DNA of 64,000 bases from NCBI GenBank assembly GCA_043750575.1, contig JAYVBH010000009.1:48664-112663 (forward strand), in the 5' to 3' direction. This document shows, in pieces, positions 28,101 to 36,063 of this stretch. Within the stretch, counting starts at the first letter, position 1, and each line of letters opens with the position of its first letter. The DNA is from Cyclobacteriaceae bacterium. Its GTDB lineage: Bacteria; Bacteroidota; Bacteroidia; Cytophagales; Cyclobacteriaceae. Below the pieces are notes generated by a model. The model worked only from the letters and a program-made list of their open reading frames with translations. It was not told the origin of the DNA and ran no database searches. The position numbers were made by a program, and so were the translations under genes.

Positions 28101-30839
28101 AAGCAAATTACCAGTGATTGCCATTGTACCAGCCGTAAGCGTAATCACGCTCGAAGCGTTCGGCATATCCACGGCCGTTGCAATCGACAGTGTTCCAGCA
28201 GTAAGGGTGAGGTTGTTGTTTATCGTCTGAGCCGAATTAACCGACAGCGTATTGGCGCTCTTGTTTACAGTGAAGTTGAAGAACCCGGCATCCGTACCCG
28301 TAATGGCCTGCGCGTTTCCTCCGCTAAAGTTAACCGTATTAACTCCTGGTGTGAACGTGAATTGGTTGAAAAAGTCTCCTTGAATATTCAGTGTCGTTGG
28401 GGAGACCAGTTCAGCAGCCGGGTTTATGGTGATATTCCGGAAATTTGTAGTGGATGCAGCTGTTCCCAGGATTGTCTGGTCAGCCGTGCCGCCAAATACA
28501 ACCGTTCCCGCGTTGTTTGTAAACGTTCCGTCGATGGTCAGGTCATCGTTGTTCAGACCACCGTTAAGCGTCAGGGTTGAGCTCGGTGCTGTAAACGTTC
28601 CAGCGGTAATTGTTAGAAAAGCTGTTGAGATTGCGTTCGCACCTGCATTGAATGTACCTGAAGTTTGTGTGAAGCCACCTACACCAATAACCAGTATCTG
28701 ATCGAGTGTAATGGTACTGGTATTGCTTGCCGTAAGACTAACCAAGCTACCAGAGACCGGAATCTCAAAACCAGTTGGATTAATTGCTGTAGTACCCGAA
28801 TAGATCAGGTTCCATGGACCGCCGGCAGGGCTTGATGTGGTGATTGATCCGGCAGAATTCAGGGTGATCGTTGGTACCGGTGCATTGCCCATACTAAGAG
28901 CGCTCCCTGTAATACTCAACTGCCCGTTGAGAACAGTAAGTGCATTGGATACATTCAGGGCACTTGAAATCGTAACTGAAAGGCCTGCATTGGACTTGTT
29001 AAGAATCAGGTCCTGAAGGGTATTGTTAAGTGGGTCAAAGTTTAATGGTGAGGCTAAGGCTGTACTCCCATTGAGTGTTAGCACAGATCCGCCACTGGAG
29101 GCCAGCTGACCGCCCGCCGAAGAATAGTTACCTCCGGCAGCACCAACATTCCCCAAAGTCAAGTTCTGACCGTCGAATGACAATGTCCCGCTGGTAAGCG
29201 TAGTTGTAGAGGTGATAAGTACATCATTGCCAAACTGAACAGCTCCTGCACCGCCCGTACGGTTCATTGTAAAATTTCGAATAGTGATGGCCCCAGCAGG
29301 GAATGGGAAAACTCCAAAGTCTCCAACGCCATTAACAGTCAGATCAGAATTTGCGCCCGAAAATGAAACTGCGGCTCCACCGGTATTCAGGATATCCGTA
29401 CTCAAGACCAACCCCCTTGCTGTTGCGGTGCTTGCGACACTAAGATTGCCGTTTGTAAGCTCAAGGATTCCAGGGATAGTTAGAATTGTTGCCGCAGAAT
29501 TACCCACTGTCGTTGTGTTAAAAGTAACACCAGCCGCGTTGTCAATTTCTGTTGTCACGCCGACCGTTGTAGGATGACCGCTGCCAATGAATTGAGCGCC
29601 CGTGCCGGCGTAGACCACACGACTGCTCGCCCCAAATGTTCTCGTTCCATTCGTCATTACGTTACCTGCCGTACGACCGGTTATCAGCGCGCCTGTTGTA
29701 TTGAGAGACCCCAGGCGAATTGTTCCATTAAGTGTAAAAGTCCCAGTCGCTGTGGCACTTCCCAATGGAGATTCATTGAGAACATCCAAAGTAGATGTAG
29801 AGGAAATGGTGAAATCAATCGTTAGTGTAATTGAGCCTGTGTTGGTGAACGTTTGAGTGCCGCTACCCACAAAATTTACAGCCCCTCTCCCATTCCCTGT
29901 TTCAGAAAGCGTACCGGCAGTCAAAGAAAAATTCCCGGTAAGGTTCATTGTACCTGTGTTGCCATTCCCTCCACTCAAAAGCAGCAGTCCCCCGGTTGCA
30001 TTCATATCAAAACCGCCAGTTACATTCAACGTGTAGGATCCGGTTGTTTTTAAAGGTGAGCCAGTAGCATTGGTTGACTGATAGTTGAAATTACCACCAA
30101 CGTTAATTGTTGCGCCAGTACCGGTCGTCACAAACGCGACCCTTGAGTTACCTGAAATCAAAAGGTCACCTGTAATCGCAATAACCAGGGCAGTAGTCGT
30201 AGCAAACTGCAACTGATTCCCATTCGTAGAACTTACACTAAGATTCCCAGTCACTGTCGTCAGGTTTCCAGCCAAATTGATCGTCGCGCTCTGTGTCGTT
30301 GCGTTCCAGGTGAAGTCATGGAACGATTGAGTAAGGCCAGTTGGAACAGTATTCGTGATTCCGGCAATGTTACATTCAGACCCGGTAATCCACGTGGCTG
30401 GAGGAACAATTCCTCCGTTCCGGTTATGTATGAAGTGGGATAAATTATTGAATTGAAAATTAGCTGCTGCGGGATTTGTAATAGCGCCCGTTCCTGTCAC
30501 GGTCACTGTGCCATTGACGACCAAAGCATTGGTATTATTCGCCAAGGTGAGCGTTGTGCTGCTAACTGTGAGGGTCGCTGTTGCACCTACTGTAGTACCA
30601 TCGATGGTTACTGGGCCGGTTACAGTTACTACATCGTTACCAATTATCTGAATGTCGACGCTGTTCGCTGACGTCGGGACATTTAACGTTGCAAGGTATG
30701 GCTGAATACCATCAGTACTTTCAAGCCAAGTGGTATTCACACTCCAGGTACCACCCCCAGCTCCATTTGTTTGAAAGAACTGCGCTGAGGCAGTGCTCCC
30801 GATCAACATGAAAACTACCAATGCCCCTATTTTACCCAT
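25113..30839 (-). CDS. 1908-aa T9SS type A cargo protein (Thr/Gly/Asn-rich beta-repeat adhesin-like)
   Basis: Signal ending ASA-Q, long T/G/N-rich repeats, GWNLVGNPY module, Ig-like YYVAA module, CTD IYPNPV...GFYFLRV...RIIKD. Confidence 0.9.
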   Translation of the reverse strand: MGKIGALVVFMLIGSTASAQFFQTNGAGGGTWSVNTTWLESTDGIQPYLATLNVPTSANSVDIQIIGNDVVTVTGPVTIDGTTVGATATLTVSSTTLTLANNTNALVVNGTVTVTGTGAITNPAAANFQFNNLSHFIHNRNGGIVPPATWITGSECNIAGITNTVPTGLTQSFHDFTWNATTQSATINLAGNLTTVTGNLSVSSTNGNQLQFATTTALVIAITGDLLISGNSRVAFVTTGTGATINVGGNFNYQSTNATGSPLKTTGSYTLNVTGGFDMNATGGLLLLSGGNGNTGTMNLTGNFSLTAGTLSETGNGRGAVNFVGSGTQTFTNTGSITLTIDFTISSTSTLDVLNESPLGSATATGTFTLNGTIRLGSLNTTGALITGRTAGNVMTNGTRTFGASSRVVYAGTGAQFIGSGHPTTVGVTTEIDNAAGVTFNTTTVGNSAATILTIPGILELTNGNLSVASTATARGLVLSTDILNTGGAAVSFSGANSDLTVNGVGDFGVFPFPAGAITIRNFTMNRTGGAGAVQFGNDVLITSTTTLTSGTLSFDGQNLTLGNVGAAGGNYSSAGGQLASSGGSVLTLNGSTALASPLNFDPLNNTLQDLILNKSNAGLSVTISSALNVSNALTVLNGQLSITGSALSMGNAPVPTITLNSAGSITTSSPAGGPWNLIYSGTTAINPTGFEIPVSGSLVSLTASNTSTITLDQILVIGVGGFTQTSGTFNAGANAISTAFLTITAGTFTAPSSTLTLNGGLNNDDLTIDGTFTNNAGTVVFGGTADQTILGTAASTTNFRNITINPAAELVSPTTLNIQGDFFNQFTFTPGVNTVNFSGGNAQAITGTDAGFFNFTVNKSANTLSVNSAQTINNNLTLTAGTLSIATAVDMPNASSVITLTAGTMAITGNLLTLADGATISRAAGTITTSSPGGGPWNLTYTGATKTTAFEIPTLGAIKNLTVNTNNATTVTLAVGQPLNVSGIFTIQTTGRIFTSGANNVSVGGFSNAGTFNAPTAGASNGMTLAFTGTFTPGTFTSTGTVRVGAGFTITMTGASPQFFNFVVDATGTFIAPATLNINSTLTNDGTFTAGTGLVNIVSTTLTKTINGSAKITLNNLTVNGNVTANPDLINENTVGIDLGGILNMTTAANSTFDADGAGGARVLTLLSTGPVTSGTFTTQDASIAQMSVAAGQVTGNVSVQRYMNRQGVGLYNFQVWRNISSPVATTVADIQQELPVIGSFPQTDFIPGQTGDPSMYSYSELVTGDLENGYVAFPVADASEALSPGRGYSIFIFGSDVPVSTNLNSQWAVSGTVNSGTLSMPVTFTSSAPTVLANDGWNLVGNPYASTIDWLSAGWTKTNMDDAIYMSDYSTANPVFASFVAGVGTNGGSRFIATGQGFWVKANAAAPVLTIRETVKVAGTQTTFFRQSGPTDLIRIALSRDNLTDEAVIYFSDSATIAFDSKYDARKFRNPYWYLNLSTISANEKYSINAMPLSACAAQVPLDVSDVTTGTYQLSFTEFESMSSAMKIQFRDNFTNALIDVRLNPNYPFSVDETDPNTFGSDRFSLAFTYEGGLVTIASETPGVCDTGTGLVNVTNSSSDYDYSLIKPSTGAVVVAPTQGEDGPLRLYIPADQITAGQNQFQVKAANRYCTNLESTLLVSINYAAVPAAVTVTAGTSCGTGHAVISASGAPADGHYNWYDSLEAVSPIPNEILAIYTTPELTSSKAYYVAAVNILGCEGPWVEVMANVSNLDPAVIEIVNAFTLQSNYQTGNQWYLDGNLIPGATNNTLQAVQSGVYRLDVTLNGCTVTDSKVFAVTAIEPSNSGAAGITIYPNPVKETLRVSVDADAKPVGSMYNLMGAYVGPVNFESSGSRYKGEYSFNKESSGFYFLRVERGSKVDVVRIIKD

Positions 30840-30861
30840 AAAATTGCTTTAGCTAAGCCTA

Positions 30862-30869
30862 CAAAAATA
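30862..30869 (-). promoter_or_regulatory. -7 element TATTTTTG upstream of the T9SS cargo gene
   Basis: TAnnTTTG match 22 nt upstream of ATG. Confidence 0.6.
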
Positions 30870-31207
30870 AGAAATAACATGACAGTATGGATGCCCAAAA
30901 CCCGTTAGGTGTAACCAATTTCATAAGATAATATGCAGGTGCTGAACCTTTTGGGATCGTCCAAAAAAATGAAACCCTCATTTCCTATAATATTCTCATA
31001 TTCAGGCACTTGGCATTATGCTGACTGACGTCAGTTGTTGGATCGATAAAATGTCTCGCGCTTGAAGGAAATGGGACTCCTCAATCATGCAATTTTGAGT
31101 ACCTAAAAGAGGGGTATTCTAAACCAGGGATCGGCTCCAATAACAGGGAATGGGAGCCAAAAATGGCCTAATTGGCGGTGGATTGCAGAATTGCCACAGG
31201 GACACTT

Positions 31208-31621
31208 TTAGTCCCTCTTCCTGAAGCGCTCTTGAAAATAAACCGCCGGAATAAGGAGCAGCATGAGCGTAGGATTGACAATGAGGCGGTGGAATTGGGA
31301 AAGCAACGGCGATGAAATCTCGGATGTCCCTTCCCATGATAGTTTTACTATGAAGTACAAGGGTAACATTACCAAGGCATCAATAACCTGTATACCCAGC
31401 GCAAGGCGAGTTACTGTTGGCTTGTTGAATAACCCAATAATTACCAAAATCATCCCTGCATCATTCAATAAGACGCGGCATGTCTTGCGGATCACAAAGC
31501 CCTTGACCTCAGAAATATCCCCAAAGCCAAAATCCAACTGCTCCTGAAAAAGATAGGTGACTACGATAATAGCCAGGCCGCTGGAGATCATCACCGCGTG
31601 CCTGAAATCAATCTTGACCAT
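31208..31621 (-). CDS. Exosortase F system-associated membrane protein
   Basis: Likely start MVKIDF (31621) overlapping xrtF; RVLLND, FHRLIVNPTLMLLLIPA motifs; 3-4 TM segments. Confidence 0.8.
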   Translation of the reverse strand: MVKIDFRHAVMISSGLAIIVVTYLFQEQLDFGFGDISEVKGFVIRKTCRVLLNDAGMILVIIGLFNKPTVTRLALGIQVIDALVMLPLYFIVKLSWEGTSEISSPLLSQFHRLIVNPTLMLLLIPAVYFQERFRKRD

Positions 31622-32147
31622 TGCGCTTGCTTGACACCATCCGGATCCAGCCGTACCAAATGGCAAATACAAAAACATAAATGAATCCGGTGAAGAGGTA
31701 CTTGTGAAAGAAGTAGAGCTGGTCAGGGAAATGCAAGGCAACGCCATACAATAATCCTATTCGCGCTAGGTTTAGAAAATGAATTGCGGGAATACCCAGT
31801 AGGACAAACCAAATCAATAGCCTGCCCGGTCCACGAAAAGCAAGAAGGAAGCTGACATACACGATGACGACATTCAACCCATTGCAGCCCTCGAATACAT
31901 AGATCAGGTTCTGCTGATCGTTCGAAATGGCGATGTACTCGGCCACATCCGATCTATACTGCGCGATGCTTGGATCAAAGAAGCCGAGGCACCAAACTAC
32001 CTGACGGGCAATCCATTGCGTAAAAGGATCAGAGGTCGGCGCGTAGTGGTTGACAAACAACCCGTAGACTGAATTCAGGAGGATATAAACCGCAATAAAC
32101 ACCCCGATGAACCGGAGGGCCTGCTTGTTTTCAGTCAGCAGTTTCAC
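31608..32147 (-). CDS. xrtF: Exosortase family protein XrtF
   Basis: VFEGCNGLNV (Cys), NLARI (Arg), YFFHKYLF (His), YVFVFAIW. Confidence 0.9.
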   Translation of the reverse strand: MKLLTENKQALRFIGVFIAVYILLNSVYGLFVNHYAPTSDPFTQWIARQVVWCLGFFDPSIAQYRSDVAEYIAISNDQQNLIYVFEGCNGLNVVIVYVSFLLAFRGPGRLLIWFVLLGIPAIHFLNLARIGLLYGVALHFPDQLYFFHKYLFTGFIYVFVFAIWYGWIRMVSSKRNGQD

Positions 32148-32782
32148 ACGGATATCTTTTTGGCCGGTACGCCGGCAACTGTAGTGTCTGCCTCAACCGA
32201 TTCCAACACAACCGCGCCCGCACCTACCACGGCGTTCTTGCCGATGGAAAGATTCTGGAGGGTCCTCGCCCCTGTTCCGATCAACACACATTCGCCAATG
32301 GCGACGTTGCCTGAAATACTGCATGACGGCATGAGCGTGGAAAATTTCCCGATGCGCACGTCATGGCCAACGGTACATGAAAGATTAACAATCACAAAGT
32401 CACCAAGGTGAATACCTGTCGTCAAAATCACGCCGGCTGTGATAATGCTTCCTTTGCCAAAACTATTCCCAATGGCTCCCGTGTTTGCCAACGGATGAAT
32501 CAACAGTGGAAAATGAACGTGCTTGTTGCTGATCGAGGAAACTAACGTCCTCCGAACCTGCGGATCCGCGATGGCCACAACAATATCCAGTGAAGTTCCC
32601 CATGTGTTGAGTTCCGCCAATCCGCCAAGGACAGGTAAATCATCGACGAGTTTTCCATGTATTACGCCATCATCGAAAAAGCCCAGGAGGTTCCATTGGT
32701 CCTGGACCTGGTTGATCTGCTGCACCAGCCAGGCAGTCTCGCGACCGAAGCCGCCGGCACCGTAGATGGCGAGGTCTTTCAT
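32144..32782 (-). CDS. PglD/NeuD-family sugar N-acetyltransferase
   Basis: IYGAGGFGRE, FFDD, LIHP, hexapeptide repeats with GHDV, AGVPAK. Confidence 0.92.
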   Translation of the reverse strand: MKDLAIYGAGGFGRETAWLVQQINQVQDQWNLLGFFDDGVIHGKLVDDLPVLGGLAELNTWGTSLDIVVAIADPQVRRTLVSSISNKHVHFPLLIHPLANTGAIGNSFGKGSIITAGVILTTGIHLGDFVIVNLSCTVGHDVRIGKFSTLMPSCSISGNVAIGECVLIGTGARTLQNLSIGKNAVVGAGAVVLESVEADTTVAGVPAKKISV

Positions 32783-32839
32783 GGCTCTAAAATACTTAAT
32801 TGTAATTTGTGATTGTGTATTCGGCCCGGATCAAGAAGG

Positions 32840-32877
32840 CCTCACCCCCGGCCCCTCTCCGAAGCAGAGAGGGGGGA
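32840..32877. repeat. CCTCACCCCCGGCCCCTCTCC...GAGAGGGG REP-like hairpin
   Basis: Perfect 8-bp stem CCCCTCTC (32852-59)/GAGAGGGG (32867-74), 7-nt loop. Confidence 0.7.
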
Positions 32878-32899
32878 GATGGATGGTCAAAGGGATTTT

Positions 32900-33997
32900 T
32901 CAGCGACGGACTACTATGTCGACAATTTGTTTTATGTCCTCAAGGCTAAGCTCACCTCCAGACGGCAAGCACAAGCCCTGATCAAACAACTTTTCAGCAA
33001 CCGTCCCGCCAAAGGCAAGAGCGTCCTTAAAAAGCGGCTGATGATGCATCGGCTTCCACTGTCTCCTTCCCTCGATATTCGCGCGAGCCAAGCGTTCGAG
33101 AACCTCTCCGGGATGTACATCCTGAGGAAGAATGCAGGCGGGTAACCACGGTTGAAAATCAACCTCCGGTCCTGCCGCCTGGAAACGCAACCCAAACTTT
33201 TCACCGAGTGAGCGATAGTGCTCATAAATCTCTTTCCTTAACCGAAGCAACTCTGCCATCCGCGTCAACTGCAACAACCCATACGCAGCGATCAGCGGGC
33301 TCATGCGATAGTTGTGTCCTACTTCCTCATGCTGGTAGTATTGAACCGCAGAGCGGGCGTGCGATGCCAGGTACCTGGCCTTATCAATGATATCCGGATT
33401 ACCTGAGACAAGTGCCCCTCCGCCAAATGCGGTCACTCCCTTGTTGCTATTGAAAGACAAGACTCCGACATCGCCCAGTGTTCCTGTCCATTTCCCACGG
33501 AACCTGGATCCAAAAGATTCCGCGGCATCCTCGATAAGGGGGATGCCCCATTTTTTCGCAATCGGCAAAATCAAATCCATACGTGCGGGCATTCCGTAAT
33601 TATGCACCACAACAATGGCTCCCACCTTTTTTCCCAAGCTACAGATTTGGGTGATGCCCTGTTCCAGCAACACGGGATCCATATTCCACGTAAGTTCCTC
33701 ACTGTCAATCAAAACCGGATGAGCACCCAGGTACAGTATTGGACTTACGGAAGCTACATAGGCAAAGGTTGGGGCGATAACAAAATCACCCGGCTGAACA
33801 CCAACAACACGCAACGCAAGGTGCATCGCCGCTGTTCCCGATTGCACCGCTGTTACATTAGAGCATCCTACTTCGGTGCCTAACCGTTGCTCAAAGTCAT
33901 GCACGATTTCCTGATGGTCCCGACCTTGATATGATTTCAGAACCGCAGACAAGCCATCAGCATCGATTTCATTGTAGGATAGCGGAGTGCGGGTCAT
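32900..33997 (-). CDS. DegT/DnrJ/EryC1/StrS aminotransferase (PglE-like)
   Basis: SGTAAMHLAL, DSEELTWNMDP, IEDAAESFG, SFNSNK, GHNYRMSP. Confidence 0.92.
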   Translation of the reverse strand: MTRTPLSYNEIDADGLSAVLKSYQGRDHQEIVHDFEQRLGTEVGCSNVTAVQSGTAAMHLALRVVGVQPGDFVIAPTFAYVASVSPILYLGAHPVLIDSEELTWNMDPVLLEQGITQICSLGKKVGAIVVVHNYGMPARMDLILPIAKKWGIPLIEDAAESFGSRFRGKWTGTLGDVGVLSFNSNKGVTAFGGGALVSGNPDIIDKARYLASHARSAVQYYQHEEVGHNYRMSPLIAAYGLLQLTRMAELLRLRKEIYEHYRSLGEKFGLRFQAAGPEVDFQPWLPACILPQDVHPGEVLERLARANIEGRRQWKPMHHQPLFKDALAFGGTVAEKLFDQGLCLPSGGELSLEDIKQIVDIVVRR

Positions 33998-34001
33998 GGG
34001 G

Positions 34002-34099
34002 GGAGTTAGGAGTTGGGTATTGGGTGTTGGGCGTTCGGTGTTGGGAGTTCGGTGTTCGGTGTTCGGTGTTCGGTGTTGGGTATTAGGCGTTAGGTGTTA
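34002..34099. repeat. 14 in-phase heptamers GGNRTTV filling the intergenic gap
   Basis: ggagtta ggagttg ggtattg ggtgttg ggcgttc ggtgttg ggagttc ggtgttc ggtgttc ggtgttc ggtgttg ggtatta ggcgtta ggtgtta. Confidence 0.92.
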
Positions 34100-34707
34100 G
34101 GATTTCCGCGGAAGGGTTGTTCCGTGAGTGAGATGTCTTTTCGGAAGGATAAAAGTAGCACAATGGTTTTAAGAAGAATGCGCAGGTCGAGGATGAAAGA
34201 TTGGTTATTCACGTATTCAACATCGAGCTCGAACTTCTTCTGCCATGAAATGCCATGCCGGCCATTCACCTGCGCCCAGCCGGTGATGCCGGGCTTCATG
34301 GTGTGCCTCCTTCGTTGCTCCTCCGAGTAAAGCGGAAGGTACTCGAGCGGTAACGGCCGGGGACCCACGACAGACATATCCCCCGTGAGAACATTCCAGA
34401 GCTGAGGTAGTTCATCGAGGCTTGTGGTGCGCAGAAAGGAGCCCATCCAGAATTTCCGCTCAGGCAACGGCAGGCTATCATCAGTCGCCAACGTTCTGAA
34501 CTTGTACAACGTGAACGGCTGACCATCCTTGCCCGTTCGCAGCTGTTTGAAGATCATTGGGAAATGGCGTGTGATCAAAAAGGCAAAAGCCGTAGCCAGG
34601 AATAATGGCGACAAGAGGATGATACCCATTGCGGCAGCTATCCGGTCAACGATTGGTTTAACGAAAGACACATATATTCCCGGCATCTGGCTCGAGGGCA
34701 ATGGCAT
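34090..34707 (-). CDS. Priming sugar transferase (PglC-like phosphoglycosyl transferase)
   Basis: KFRTL, LRTTSLDELPQLWNVL.GDMSVVGPRP, KPGITGWAQVNGR; alternative start 34686. Confidence 0.93.
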   Translation of the reverse strand: MPLPSSQMPGIYVSFVKPIVDRIAAAMGIILLSPLFLATAFAFLITRHFPMIFKQLRTGKDGQPFTLYKFRTLATDDSLPLPERKFWMGSFLRTTSLDELPQLWNVLTGDMSVVGPRPLPLEYLPLYSEEQRRRHTMKPGITGWAQVNGRHGISWQKKFELDVEYVNNQSFILDLRILLKTIVLLLSFRKDISLTEQPFRGNPNT

Positions 34708-34737
34708 GCAAATTACGAAAGTTCGGGAGGCTTATTC

Positions 34738-34763
34738 ACCGCAGAGTCGGAGAGACGCAGAGG
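34738..34763. repeat. Half CGCAGAG-type periodic element
   Basis: accgcagagtcggagagacgcagagg. Confidence 0.45.
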
Positions 34764-34767
34764 AGTA

Positions 34768-35066
34768 CCCTATGGAATGTCTCACCGGACGGCGTCTCGC
34801 GTTCCGGTGTCCCGCGGCAGCCGCACAAATGCACCGGACGGCGCCTCTACGTTCCGGCAGCCGCACAAAGGCATTTCATCAAGCCGCACACAACACCCTA
34901 TGGAATGTCTCACCAGACGGCGTCTCGCGTTCCGGTGTCCCGCGACAGCCGCACAAATGCACCGGACGGCGTCTCGCGTTCCGGTGTCCCGCAGCAGCCG
35001 CACAAATGCACCGGACGGCGTCTCGCGTTCCGGTGTCCCGCGGCAGCCGTACAAACGTATTTCATT
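34768..35066. repeat. Array of 49-bp hairpin units in two higher-order blocks
   Basis: Unit caccggacggcgtctcgcgttccggtgtcccgcggcagccgcacaaatg at 34783, 34832 (variant), 34911, 34960, 35009; leader ccctatggaatgtct at 34768 and 34896. Confidence 0.93.
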
Positions 35067-35067
35067 A

Positions 35068-36063
35068 TTACGCAGCGACACTATCGGATGAAGCGCCGGA
35101 ATTCTTGACTTGTCTAGCTACCCAACCTCTCACCGCTACGTAGACTAGAAAAAAAACAACCGTAGCCAGAACCGGGAGAAACACCTGCCTCTGGACTAGT
35201 GATCCCACGACAATCACGTTGAACATAACCTGAATACCCCCAAAGAGCAACGCAACCTGCCGGTGCGACCATTTCATTTCATTGGATAGGTATTGAAACA
35301 AATGCGCACGGTGAGGCGTAAAAATGTTTTCTCTTCTTCTGATCCGCAATACAATGGTGACGATCGAATCGGTACCATAAACCAGAAAAACCAAAGGCCA
35401 CAGCAAGTTGTGCGTCACGTGGATCAGCTGGAGCAGTATGAAGATCAACACAAAGGCAATCGTCACGCTCCCCACATCGCCGGCAAAGCATCGCGCCCGG
35501 ACGCGAAAATTGAAAAAGAGAAAGATCACTACAGCGATTGCCATGATGATCAGCAACGAAATATCCGTAAAGGGTTGATAGTAAATCTGAATGTAGCCAA
35601 ACGTTACCAGCGTGACCATGGCATATATCCCCGTAATCCCATTGATCCCGTCCATGAAATTGAACGCATTGAGCGTGCCGACACACATAACCACTGCGAG
35701 AATCAGCAAATATGCAGGCCAATGAATCGGCCAAAGTTGGGCGAACAAGAGCAACACAGCACACAGTTGCACGAGGAAGCGAACAAGGGGATTAAGCGAA
35801 ATGATGTCATCGAAGAAGCTGACCACAGCTATGATAAGCGTACCCGCTGCAAACCATGGCCAGGAAAATCCTGACTGAAGAAACCAAAAAACGATTGCCA
35901 CAAAGAAGATCACCCCTCCCCCTCGAATAACCGGCCTCATATGTGAACTCCGGTCATTTGGATGATCTACGATTCTGAATTTCAGGGCCACACGGAAATA
36001 CAAAAGCTCCGTGGCCAGGAGCCCTGCACCGATCGCCACAAATATCAGCAACTGACTATCCAT
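35068..36063 (-). CDS. MraY/WecA/WbpL-family UndP sugar-1-phosphate transferase
   Basis: DHPNDRSSH..PVIRGGG, SFFDD, NAFNFMDGINGI, FAGDVGS, HRAHLFQ. Confidence 0.92.
   Translation of the reverse strand: MDSQLLIFVAIGAGLLATELLYFRVALKFRIVDHPNDRSSHMRPVIRGGGVIFFVAIVFWFLQSGFSWPWFAAGTLIIAVVSFFDDIISLNPLVRFLVQLCAVLLLFAQLWPIHWPAYLLILAVVMCVGTLNAFNFMDGINGITGIYAMVTLVTFGYIQIYYQPFTDISLLIIMAIAVVIFLFFNFRVRARCFAGDVGSVTIAFVLIFILLQLIHVTHNLLWPLVFLVYGTDSIVTIVLRIRRRENIFTPHRAHLFQYLSNEMKWSHRQVALLFGGIQVMFNVIVVGSLVQRQVFLPVLATVVFFLVYVAVRGWVARQVKNSGASSDSVAA

Noticed and set aside
30870-31207. Riboswitch, ncRNA or ops/JUMPstart element in the 340-bp gap
   Set aside because: No recognisable conserved motif or convincing structure; only a -7 promoter box is supported.
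34768-35066. CRISPR array
   Set aside because: The units are contiguous 49-bp tandem repeats with no unique spacers, and no cas genes are present.
34529-35143. ORFs 34529..35143, 34701..35108, 34777..35091, 34782..35081
   Set aside because: They are open frames through a GC-rich repeat, their peptides are repetitive, and several oppose the operon.
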